This document shows positions 44,480-53,164 of a stretch of 64,000 nt of DNA, piece after piece. The translations under genes were made by a program, and so were the position numbers. This DNA is from Candidatus Levyibacteriota bacterium (GTDB lineage Bacteria > Patescibacteriota > Microgenomatia > Levybacterales > UBA12049): the NCBI GenBank assembly GCA_016182185.1, contig JACOXU010000001.1, positions 15,700 to 79,699 of the forward strand. The letters are read 5' to 3'. Below the pieces are notes generated by a model that saw only the letters and a program-made list of their open reading frames with translations, ran no database searches and was not told where the DNA came from. Position 1 is the stretch's first letter; every line of letters begins with the position of its first letter.

Positions 44480-44552
44480 GGTGGATGTAGCTCAACAGTA
44501 GAGCGCCAGGTTGTGGACCTGGAGGTCGCGGGGGCAGCACCCGTCTTCCACC
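44480..44552 (+). tRNA. tRNA-His-like (anticodon GTG) with degenerate D/T loops
   Basis: G(-1) GTGGATG TA GCTC-AACAGTA-GAGC G CCAGG-TTGTGGA-CCTGG AGGTC GCGGG-GGCAGCA-CCCGT CTTCCAC C. Canonical His anticodon arm, G-1 and C73 are present. The D-loop lacks GG, the T-loop lacks TΨC, and acceptor pair 6:67 is U-U. Confidence 0.45.
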
Positions 44553-44633
44553 CCCGAGTCAAACTCGGTTCCCCCGAGATTGGCGAGGAGTCGCGTTTGA
44601 CGCGACTACCTTAAATTGTATTAATATAAAAAT

Positions 44634-44921
44634 ATGAATGAAACGTTAGACGTTTCAGTTCGATACTACGTTTATATTCTCTACTCTCTTAAAGATAATA
44701 AGTTTTATATTGGCTTCACGAACAACCTCAAAAAACGATTGAGTGAGCATGGTGGTGGAAATGTTGAAGCAACAAAAAATCGGTTGCCGGTAAAACTTAT
44801 TCATTACGAGTATTTTATTAATCGAGCAGATGCTGAAGCTCGAGAAAGATTTTTAAAAAGTGGTTATGGTAGAAAGCAATTTAAGGAAATTCTAAAAAAT
44901 ACCCTCAAGCCTCTGATATAA
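44634..44921 (+). CDS. GIY-YIG nuclease-superfamily mini-protein (YhbQ-like), paralog
   Basis: YYVYILYSLKDNKFYIGFTNNLKKRLSEHGGG; about 50% identical to 43474-43725. Confidence 0.75.
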   Translation: MNETLDVSVRYYVYILYSLKDNKFYIGFTNNLKKRLSEHGGGNVEATKNRLPVKLIHYEYFINRADAEARERFLKSGYGRKQFKEILKNTLKPLI

Positions 44922-44928
44922 TTGTCAT

Positions 44929-45645
44929 ATGTCGGAAGCTGAGCAATCATTGTATATAATTCGTAAAACGGATCGTAAAGAACTACTCTATGCAGAACAT
45001 GAGAAATTCAGAAAAGTTGACGCTATTGAAGTAAAACGCTCTTTTGTTATTGCTCAATATATTCGTAAACACAATGTAGGTAACAAAAGATATCTTTCAG
45101 AATTAACTCATGAGCAATTTCAAGAACGTTTAAAGCGAGCAAAATCATTTGTTTCTCATCTTTCCGAGCCAAAACTAGATGAAGTTATTGCTGAAGAATA
45201 CAAAAAAAGGCTTAAGGCATACAATGCTGTAGATTGGTATACAGGAAAAGTTCATGCAAATGAAGTTGGTGTATGGAAGGGTGCAGGTGGGCTTCCTGTA
45301 CCTTGGACACAGGGTTCATTAGTTGATACTGCGGTTCAGGTTCTGGTGGCCATGCAAGAAGATAGTGATAGTGTACTTGTTGCACGAGCAAAAAGAGCAA
45401 TTCCTCGCATCAGACGCAATATGGATATAATTGAAAAAGACCCTTACCTTTACCCAATTATTTTACCTGGTGGTACGCAGGGAAGAGGTTTGAAAGGACG
45501 TCCCTATAAAGGTTTTTTGCTTATGAAAGGTGATATTGATGATGGTTGTATGAGAGCTATAGCTTTTGTTAGTAGTGGGAGAAACAGTTTTCCTGCTTAT
45601 ATTGGAATACAAAGGCGAACAGGGAGTGAAGATTTGGTAAAATAA
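44929..45645 (+). CDS. hypothetical protein (238 aa)
   Basis: Long ORF; no recognised motif. Confidence 0.45.
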   Translation: MSEAEQSLYIIRKTDRKELLYAEHEKFRKVDAIEVKRSFVIAQYIRKHNVGNKRYLSELTHEQFQERLKRAKSFVSHLSEPKLDEVIAEEYKKRLKAYNAVDWYTGKVHANEVGVWKGAGGLPVPWTQGSLVDTAVQVLVAMQEDSDSVLVARAKRAIPRIRRNMDIIEKDPYLYPIILPGGTQGRGLKGRPYKGFLLMKGDIDDGCMRAIAFVSSGRNSFPAYIGIQRRTGSEDLVK

Positions 45646-45666
45646 ATGTAAGAATAATCAAGGAGT

Positions 45667-46206
45667 ATGAATATGTCGGCAATCCGTTTTGAAGCAAAAC
45701 TATTTAAAATCGGCTCTTGGACTATTCTCAGACTTCCTAAGAACGCAAGCACCATGCTTCCATCACGCGCCTTAACAATGATTAAGGGAACCATCAATGG
45801 TTTTGTCTTTCGAGTCGCGCTCGAACCGGATGGTCGTGGAAGTCATTGGTTTAGAGTTGATGAAGAAATGTTAAAAGAAGCTCATGTGCAAGCTGATGAC
45901 AGCGTATCTTTTGAAGTTGAGCCGACCAAAGAATGGGTAGAGCCTGATGTGCCTGAGGATTTTAAAAAAGCTCTTACAGGCAGCCCAAAAGCACATACCC
46001 TATGGATGGATATCACACCAAACGCGCGCTGGGATTGGATCCGCTGGATACGAGCTGTCAAGACTCCCCAAACACGCCAAAAGCATATTGAAGTTGCCCT
46101 CTCAAAGCTTAACAAAGGTATAAGAAGACCCTGTTGTTTTAACCGCAATCTATGCTCTGAGCCATATGTATCAAAAAACTGGGTGCTCCTTACGCCAATG
46201 CAATAG
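45667..46206 (+). CDS. DUF1905 / YdeI-OmpD-associated family protein
   Basis: N-terminal FEAKL...ILRLP...LPSR...GTINGF.F...L.PDG.G.HW (DUF1905); C-terminal DFKKAL...P.A...W...P..RWDWIRWI..VKTP.TRQKHI (YdeI-like). Confidence 0.65.
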   Translation: MNMSAIRFEAKLFKIGSWTILRLPKNASTMLPSRALTMIKGTINGFVFRVALEPDGRGSHWFRVDEEMLKEAHVQADDSVSFEVEPTKEWVEPDVPEDFKKALTGSPKAHTLWMDITPNARWDWIRWIRAVKTPQTRQKHIEVALSKLNKGIRRPCCFNRNLCSEPYVSKNWVLLTPMQ

Positions 46207-46245
46207 TTCCCTTCTCTTGCTTTTTTAGCTTCATTTTGCTATAAT

Positions 46246-46899
46246 TTGAGCGTGAAAATACCCTCTTTTATAAATTTTAAATTGATAACAGTGCTCAAGC
46301 GCCTTTTCTGGCGTTCGGAAAAGTTTGTTTATGTTGCTATAGGAGATAGTACTGTTGAAGGAATTGGTTCGAGCCATTCCTCAAAATCTTTCCCTGCCTT
46401 AGTTTTTCAAAAGATAAAACAGGATAAGAAAGAAGCATCTTTTTATAACCTGGGAAAAGGAGGCGCAAGGGTAAGAGATGTGATAGAGCTTCAGCTTCCT
46501 AGAGTTATCTTGCTTAAGCCAGATCTGGTCACTATATCTGTGGGAGCGAATGATTTGCGTCGCAGAACCAATATCAAACAATTTGAGAAAGATTATCATC
46601 ATCTTATAAAAACACTTAAAGAAAAAACTAATGCACAAATTATAATCAGCAATATTCCCGATGTCTCACTCCTGCCATCTTTATCAATTTTTGTGAGATA
46701 TTTCGCCAGATTTATGAATAGAAGACTTAATCGAATTATCAACAGGCATGCTAAGCAGTTTCGGTGTATTCTCGTTGACCTTCATGAAGGAAGTAAGATT
46801 TACAGCAAAAAATATAAAGATCTGATTTCAGGAGACGGGCTTCATCCATCAGATAAGGGTTATTCTCTTTGGGCAGAGGCAATTATTGCACATCTTTAA
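46246..46899 (+). CDS. SGNH/GDSL hydrolase
   Basis: Block I VAIGDSTVEG, block III GANDL, block V DGLHPSDKGY. Confidence 0.75.
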   Translation: MSVKIPSFINFKLITVLKRLFWRSEKFVYVAIGDSTVEGIGSSHSSKSFPALVFQKIKQDKKEASFYNLGKGGARVRDVIELQLPRVILLKPDLVTISVGANDLRRRTNIKQFEKDYHHLIKTLKEKTNAQIIISNIPDVSLLPSLSIFVRYFARFMNRRLNRIINRHAKQFRCILVDLHEGSKIYSKKYKDLISGDGLHPSDKGYSLWAEAIIAHL

Positions 46900-47773
46900 T
46901 GAGGATTGAGATTAATTTTTGAGCAAGTTTTATTGTTTTTTGCGCTCCCTTTTTTCTGGGATTTACTTCTACAAGATCGAAAGATAGATTTTTTTGCTCT
47001 CTTAAGATGATCAAAACAGGCAAAATATCTTTTTCCAGTAGTCCATTTATAGCGGGAATTCCGGTTGCGGGAGCAGCTTTTTTTTTAAATACATCTATAT
47101 CAATACTTATATGAATATGGTTCATTCTTTGAGAAAAATCGGCAATTAGTTTTCTAATTCTCTCAGAATCTTGCAGATCCTTTCTATCCATATTTCGAAT
47201 TTTAATTTTTCTAAAAAATTTTTTTTCTTCTTCGTCTAAGTCCAAATTTCCAATAAAAATTGAATTTTGGGGTTTTATTTTACTGCGAACAATTCTGTTA
47301 ATCTCGGGTATATCAAAATTTCCGTACAAAGGCCTCATATACATTCCATGAAAGTTTTTTGTGGGACTTTTCTTATAAAGATTCATATCGGCATGGCTGT
47401 CAAATCGAATATATCCAAAGCGGTTAATATCGCTTATCCTTTCCAGGACTGCCAGAATTGAAGGAAGAGTTACGCTGTCATCACCGCCTATAACGACTTG
47501 GGTTTCATTGTCTTTTATCTTTTGATTAGTAAATTTTTGAAAATTAGTGTAAGAAGAGACAATTTCTGAGAACAAATTATCTGGATGTATGTCTTCCGGC
47601 TTGGGAAAAGAAAAATTGTCAATTTTGTGGGATTTGAAATGATTCAGAAAACCATTGTCCAGAATGGAATCCGGCGCGTCTTCCACTCCAAAGTTTACTT
47701 TCTTTTGTCTGTAGGGTGGGTTGGGAGTGCCTAGTCTTGACCCGGCTTTAAAAAAATGAGGAATTTTAACCAT
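46883..47773 (-). CDS. arginase/agmatinase/formiminoglutamase-family ureohydrolase
   Basis: GGDDSVT..., DSHADMN (DxHxD) and SIDIDV (SxDxD) Mn-binding motifs. Confidence 0.7.
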   Translation of the reverse strand: MVKIPHFFKAGSRLGTPNPPYRQKKVNFGVEDAPDSILDNGFLNHFKSHKIDNFSFPKPEDIHPDNLFSEIVSSYTNFQKFTNQKIKDNETQVVIGGDDSVTLPSILAVLERISDINRFGYIRFDSHADMNLYKKSPTKNFHGMYMRPLYGNFDIPEINRIVRSKIKPQNSIFIGNLDLDEEEKKFFRKIKIRNMDRKDLQDSERIRKLIADFSQRMNHIHISIDIDVFKKKAAPATGIPAINGLLEKDILPVLIILREQKNLSFDLVEVNPRKKGAQKTIKLAQKLISILIKDVQ

Positions 47774-47776
47774 TGA

Positions 47777-49633
47777 TTAATCTTCTTCAGTGACAATTTC
47801 TACGGCATCTTTTACCAGGGAAACTAATTCTACTTCGTACTCGCCTTGAGGAGCTTTAATAGTAATTTTGTCACCTGGTTTATGTCCGTTTTTCTGAAGA
47901 GCCGACACGATTGGTGAATTCGAAGATAGTTTTCCTTTTCTGGCATCAACTTGGTCAGCCGGAACAATCGTAAATGTAACGGTGCCGAGTTTTGGATGAA
48001 TGATGGTAAATTGAGTTCCGGCTTCTAGAGATTCTTCTTTTGGTTTAGAGGTTCGTGGTTGATGTTCTTCATTATTCATAAGCAAACTCTCTCTAATTTG
48101 CCTTCTTCTTTCTTGCATTCTTATTCTAAGATTTTTTTCATACCGTTCCCACGCCTCATCAGTTTTTCTTGCAGGATGTGGTCTTCCTGCGTGTGACAAT
48201 CTTGAGTCCTCAACAAGAGCGGTAATTGTAGCTTGTTGATCTATATCAAAATATGCAGTTCGTCCATTTTTTAACGGAGTAATATTTTTTTTCTTACAAA
48301 GTTTTCTTAGGGTTGCATCGGATATTTCTAGTTGTTCTAAAAAATCTCTGAATGTAATTGCTCCGTCAGGAAGATTTTCTACAGTTATCTGCAAGGTAGT
48401 TTTTCCGGAAACTTTCTTTTTACTCTTTATTAAATTTAATTTATTTGCGATTTTTTCTATATCTTCTTTGGCATAGTATTTTGCCATCCTCCCCCTTAAC
48501 GGAGTTATTCCTCCGAGTAGCTTTAGGCGTATTAGGGTTTGATAATTGATTCCTAAGTAATTGGCCAATTCGTTTGTTGATAGTGCGCCCTCCGGCATAG
48601 GAGCTTTTATTTTGATACTTTTCTTTGGGTGGTCTTTTCCAAAATAAGTTTTTAAAATTCCCTGATGCCATGGTGTTAAGATGACATCGTCAATCTGCTC
48701 TCCAAATTTCCAGCCCATTGATCTGGTTACATCGAGGACCTTATCAACCGGTAAATCATTCTGAAGGGCAAATTCTATAAGTTTTACGTCCGTCTCTTCG
48801 ACTTTTTCTTCATCCTTCCCTTTTTGACCATTACTGCTTGATGTATCTTTTTGTTCTTGTCCGCTTCGGGTTCTTTCGCTCTGGGAAAAACGTATAAGTC
48901 TCTCGAGCGCATCCTGCTGTTCCGTAAACTTACCGACTTGGTCTAAAAGATCCGCACTTATATATCTTTGCCCGCCCGGATATTCTATTAATGGTAATTG
49001 TTGTCTTTCTATCGCATCAACTACTGTTCCAACAGAAGTATTTAATCTTCTTGATGCTTCCGAAAGGCTAATAAGATTTTGTTTAAGAGAAGCAGAATCC
49101 TGCTGTATGTTTTTTTGCGTAATGATATGGTCTCTAAGCCGCAATATATCATCCATATTAATAAATGCCGCAGCAGCATTACTTTTCTTATCGAACATAT
49201 ATTCAATACCTAATTTCGCAAGGATTTTTCTTAATTCTGGATACGATACTTGAAGCGTATTTGAAAGCTGAAAGAAAGAGACATGTCTTCTTCCATCCCC
49301 TTCAGTCCTTGTTCCTATAGCTGTTTGTATTTCTGGTTTTTCAGGGGTAGTTACTTTCTCCTGTTGATTTTTTCTTTGCCAAATTAAAACAGGAAGTCTT
49401 CCTAAAAGCCTTTGCTTTAAGTCGGAAAGAGAAGAAGTAAAATCTATATTCAATGATCCATTTTCGTTTCTTGAATTATCGTCATTTAAAGGCTCAGGCT
49501 CTTTCTCATCGATTGAATCAATAAGTTCAATCGTGTTTATGAGTTGTTCAAATAAAGGCGTAAATTTTTGACGCGAAAGTTTTAGCGAAGTTTCTGAAGA
49601 TAAGACAGGTGATTGTTCAATCTCAGCACTCAC
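47777..49633 (-). CDS. multi-HTH protein with a C-terminal GreA/GreB-C (FKBP-like) domain
   Basis: Four about-50-aa repeats resembling excisionase/MerR-type HTH_17, with pattern L[ST].xE.A..LGI...L.RL...G.I...R.G...YF...D. The C-terminal ~90 aa has SSNSPIVSALQKNGHKPGDKITIKAPQGEYEVELVSL, matching the GreA C-domain signature. Confidence 0.6.
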   Translation of the reverse strand: MSAEIEQSPVLSSETSLKLSRQKFTPLFEQLINTIELIDSIDEKEPEPLNDDNSRNENGSLNIDFTSSLSDLKQRLLGRLPVLIWQRKNQQEKVTTPEKPEIQTAIGTRTEGDGRRHVSFFQLSNTLQVSYPELRKILAKLGIEYMFDKKSNAAAAFINMDDILRLRDHIITQKNIQQDSASLKQNLISLSEASRRLNTSVGTVVDAIERQQLPLIEYPGGQRYISADLLDQVGKFTEQQDALERLIRFSQSERTRSGQEQKDTSSSNGQKGKDEEKVEETDVKLIEFALQNDLPVDKVLDVTRSMGWKFGEQIDDVILTPWHQGILKTYFGKDHPKKSIKIKAPMPEGALSTNELANYLGINYQTLIRLKLLGGITPLRGRMAKYYAKEDIEKIANKLNLIKSKKKVSGKTTLQITVENLPDGAITFRDFLEQLEISDATLRKLCKKKNITPLKNGRTAYFDIDQQATITALVEDSRLSHAGRPHPARKTDEAWERYEKNLRIRMQERRRQIRESLLMNNEEHQPRTSKPKEESLEAGTQFTIIHPKLGTVTFTIVPADQVDARKGKLSSNSPIVSALQKNGHKPGDKITIKAPQGEYEVELVSLVKDAVEIVTEED

Positions 49634-49652
49634 AATTAAATTTTAGATAATT

Positions 49653-50390
49653 TTATTCTGGTTGTAAAGTATCTGATTCTACTCTGTGAGAGAGAAGCTT
49701 ATCAAGCTGAACAAGCCCTCTTATTTGCATAGCTGTATCGTGGTCAATTTGAGTATCTTTTTTCCAATAGAATTCAATTTCCGCGCTCAATTCATTAAGT
49801 TTAGGCGCCCTTGTTATATTTTGAATTACATTGAGTTTTGAGTATTGTTCTTTTCTTGGTCCCTTTTGTACAGGCGTTGAAAAAAGTGCCTGAAGTAATT
49901 CAATAGTTTCTTCTCTTGAGAAAAATCTTTTTTCCTTTTTAAATCCACTCTTTTTCTTAGCTTTTTTTACCCCTTGTTTACTGCCTGAGATATCTTCAAG
50001 CTCTTGAAGAGTAAAGCTAGCATGTCCAAACGGTAAAAGTTTGGTATCAATTCTTAATTTTAATAATTCCGCAAATGTTTTTGGACGATCACTTACCGGC
50101 TTAGTGCCCTCTCCTCTTGGTGTAGTTGGAGATGGATCAGAGATTGGTTGATGATTTATTTCGTCTCTTGAAAAAATTACTCCGCCGTGTGCTTCAATCA
50201 TAGTTCTGGCAAGTCTTGAGGTATCTTCGGTAAATTGTAAGGCAGCGGTAATTTCCGGAATTTGATCTGAAGGATTAGCATCAATGGTTTCTGAAATTTC
50301 CCCGATTAAATTTTTACTTTGTTCAAGAAGAAGTTTAATGTTTTGGGCAGTTGATATTCCAAGAGAACTTACTCTTTGTTCTGCACCCAT
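49653..50390 (-). CDS. hypothetical protein (245 aa)
   Basis: ORF directly downstream of the HTH-GreA-C gene; no recognised motif. Confidence 0.45.
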   Translation of the reverse strand: MGAEQRVSSLGISTAQNIKLLLEQSKNLIGEISETIDANPSDQIPEITAALQFTEDTSRLARTMIEAHGGVIFSRDEINHQPISDPSPTTPRGEGTKPVSDRPKTFAELLKLRIDTKLLPFGHASFTLQELEDISGSKQGVKKAKKKSGFKKEKRFFSREETIELLQALFSTPVQKGPRKEQYSKLNVIQNITRAPKLNELSAEIEFYWKKDTQIDHDTAMQIRGLVQLDKLLSHRVESDTLQPE

Positions 50391-50428
50391 AAATATTTAT
50401 GGATTATAGCGAGAGATAAAAGCTTTTG

Positions 50429-51257
50429 TCAATTAGCACTTTCTAAAAATTCCAGAGTGCCTTTTTCAAATTTTGATTTTGTAAAAAATATTGGAAATGG
50501 ATATTTGGTTTTTTTAAGATGACTTTTTTCTCCCACGAAAACAAATTCTACTTTAAATCCCAATTCATGAAGTTTTTCCCCCATGGGCAAATCAGATTTA
50601 CTATCCCCAAACGTTATAAATTTTTGAGGTTTTATTTCAGTTTCCTCAAGCCAATCAATAATTCGTCTCACGGCAAATCCCTTTCCCACATGCTTATTTT
50701 CTATGTCTGCTGCAATTACAGTTGGATCGATTTTAAAATGTTTTCCAAGATCACTTTTGTTTATAATGTTTGACAGGTCATTTATTAATGCACTTTGATT
50801 TTTTTTGTAATCAATAAGCGAATATCCGTCAGTCATCTCTACAGAAACCATAGTCTGTTTGGTATAGTCAAAAAACATACTTTTTGAATATTTTTTCTCA
50901 ACGAGATTTTTTTATTTGATTTATAAGAAATTTGGGAATTGAAATTGAGTCATCTATGTATTCTTGAATTTTTCCGTTCTCATCAAAAGTGAGCCAAGTT
51001 CCGCCCTTTTCTCCAATCACCAAAAAAATTTTCAAAATTTTTATATTCTTGATGTTTTTTAAAAGACGATTGATTACCCGATCCATAGTCCACTCTAAGG
51101 ATCTACCGGTATTTAAAATAACAGGCTCCCCTTTCTCTAGTTTTTTAATAAAGTGATTTAATATCTCAAAATCTGTAATTATTTTACTTTGAGGATTTGT
51201 GATTACACCATCAACATCAAAAATCCAGGCAGTTTGGGTCGTCTTATCTTTTGTCAT
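50429..51257 (-). pseudogene. HAD-IIB (Cof-like) hydrolase split into two ORFs (50898-51257 and 50429-50878) by a frame change
   Basis: The upstream ORF has motif I FDVDGVIT and GTWLTFDENG. The downstream ORF has KHVGKG (motif III Lys) and GDSKSD (motif IV). The ORFs are 19 nt apart and in different frames, with T-homopolymers at the junction. Combined length is about 268 aa, typical of Cof-type HADs. Confidence 0.5.
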
Positions 51258-51360
51258 AGCATTATTCTACTTTCTCAACTTAGTAAACACAAGGGATTTC
51301 GGGATAATATAACTTATAGTTATTTTACATTTAAATTAAATTCTGGTATTATCTCCCCCT

Positions 51361-52299
51361 ATGATAAAGAGGATTCAGCTTCTTGTTGTTTTATTAATAT
51401 TTTTGTTTATTTTTGATTTTGCCAAGAATATCAGAGAAGGAGGAATAATTCACAAGACTCTATCTTATAGTGCTGAGCAAAATTCTTCTTCGGATTGTAA
51501 TTCTTTGTCTAACTGCACGCCGATTTTTTCCTCAGCTTTAATCTTACCCACTCCTACGCTTGGAATTCCAGAGAATAAAATAACGGAAAATGTTCCAGTG
51601 GATGAGAAAATTAATGCTCCCGTTCAGAATGATTACTGTCTCACTGTCCCTGTTCTTACTTATCATCGTATACAGCCTCAGTCAATCGCAGTTGAAAAAA
51701 ATCAAACAGCAGGAAGCGTGGATAATGAAATTTTTGATCAGCAAATGGCGTACCTTTCCTCAAGCGGATACAGTACGATTACGGCGGAAGAATTGATAAA
51801 TGCTCTTAGAAATCATACGGGACTTCCCGCCAAAAGTGTTGTAATTACTTTGGATGATGGCTATGAAAATGCATATACATATGCATACCTGATTGCGCAA
51901 AAATATCAAATAAAACTTAATCTTATGATTGCCACCGGTCTTGTAGGTAATCAGGACTTTTTAATATGGGATCAGATAAAGGAAATGAGAAATAGCGGGT
52001 TGGTTTATTTTACCAATCATACATGGTCACATTATGCCGTAGGAAATGGCTCTTATGAGAAAATTCAATATGAGATACAAACCGCAAAGGGTCAGCTTGA
52101 GCAATATACAGGACAAACAATAAATATTTTTACTTATCCTTATGGGTCTTTTAGTCCTAATGCAATACAGATTCTCCAGCAGGACGGTTTTATCGGTGGC
52201 TTTTCTACAATTCCCGGTAAAGTTCAATGTGAATCATATATAATGACTCTTCATAGAACGAGTATTGGCAATTCTCCCCTATCATCTTACGGTTTATAA
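51361..52299 (+). CDS. polysaccharide deacetylase (CE4/NodB-domain)
   Basis: N-terminal TM; VPVLTYHRI, ITLDDGYEN (TFDDG-type) and HTWSH motifs. Confidence 0.8.
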   Translation: MIKRIQLLVVLLIFLFIFDFAKNIREGGIIHKTLSYSAEQNSSSDCNSLSNCTPIFSSALILPTPTLGIPENKITENVPVDEKINAPVQNDYCLTVPVLTYHRIQPQSIAVEKNQTAGSVDNEIFDQQMAYLSSSGYSTITAEELINALRNHTGLPAKSVVITLDDGYENAYTYAYLIAQKYQIKLNLMIATGLVGNQDFLIWDQIKEMRNSGLVYFTNHTWSHYAVGNGSYEKIQYEIQTAKGQLEQYTGQTINIFTYPYGSFSPNAIQILQQDGFIGGFSTIPGKVQCESYIMTLHRTSIGNSPLSSYGL

Positions 52300-52310
52300 A
52301 GTTTAAAATT

Positions 52311-53069
52311 TTATCCCGTGAAACCAAAAGCAGGTTTTAAAACTGTTTTTCTGTCTGGATCTTTTCGCTTATCTCCAAAATCTCTTTCGATATAAACCAA
52401 AGTGTTTCCTTTTGGTGTGACTCGGTAAACTCTTTCCTCAGTTATTCCCGCTAAGCTCATGTAGGATTTGTAGGTTTCATATTGCCCTACGCTTTCAAAA
52501 GATTGTCTATATGTAGATTCTTCTATGAAGCCGTAACTTAACAAGTCATCAATTTTTGGCGATGTATCCATTTGTAAAACATGTTCAATTGCATAGGGAT
52601 TGAGTAAATATGTTGACGTATGATCTTCGAGCTTATTGTCGATTATCTCATCTAAGGGAAAAGCTATAAGTTTACCGGTAAAAATCTGTCTCCCCCTTTT
52701 CTTGACTTTCTGTCCAAACTCTTGAGGTCTGTTAAAATCATATGCCACCCATCTTCCAGCTACGGCGTGTTCATGTAGGAGTGATCTTTCTTCTTCGTTC
52801 GGATGAAATAGGTCATGGTTAAAAATTGATCCTTCTAAGAGGCCAGCCTGTGCTTCTCTGTCGTACAAAAATCTCCTTGTTTCTGGATTTTTAAGACGCT
52901 CTCTGCCATCCTTCGTTGATATTAAGACTGTATATACGGAAATACGCCAAGCAATGTTTGCAGGATAACGCCACAATCTATGACGCTTAAAGAAATCATT
53001 TATGTCTTTAGTTAATTTATTGTTTTTTGCTTCCTGTGCAGGGTCTCTTTCTGGCTCTTGTTCTTTCAT
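52311..53069 (-). CDS. hypothetical protein (252 aa)
   Basis: Long ORF; no recognised motif. Confidence 0.45.
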   Translation of the reverse strand: MKEQEPERDPAQEAKNNKLTKDINDFFKRHRLWRYPANIAWRISVYTVLISTKDGRERLKNPETRRFLYDREAQAGLLEGSIFNHDLFHPNEEERSLLHEHAVAGRWVAYDFNRPQEFGQKVKKRGRQIFTGKLIAFPLDEIIDNKLEDHTSTYLLNPYAIEHVLQMDTSPKIDDLLSYGFIEESTYRQSFESVGQYETYKSYMSLAGITEERVYRVTPKGNTLVYIERDFGDKRKDPDRKTVLKPAFGFTG

Positions 53070-53164
53070 GTATGAAATTATAGCATGAATTTAAATTATT
53101 TTGATATCATAAGAGCTTGTTTGTCGTATTGATTTATTTCGCATAATGTTCTACTTTATTTCTA

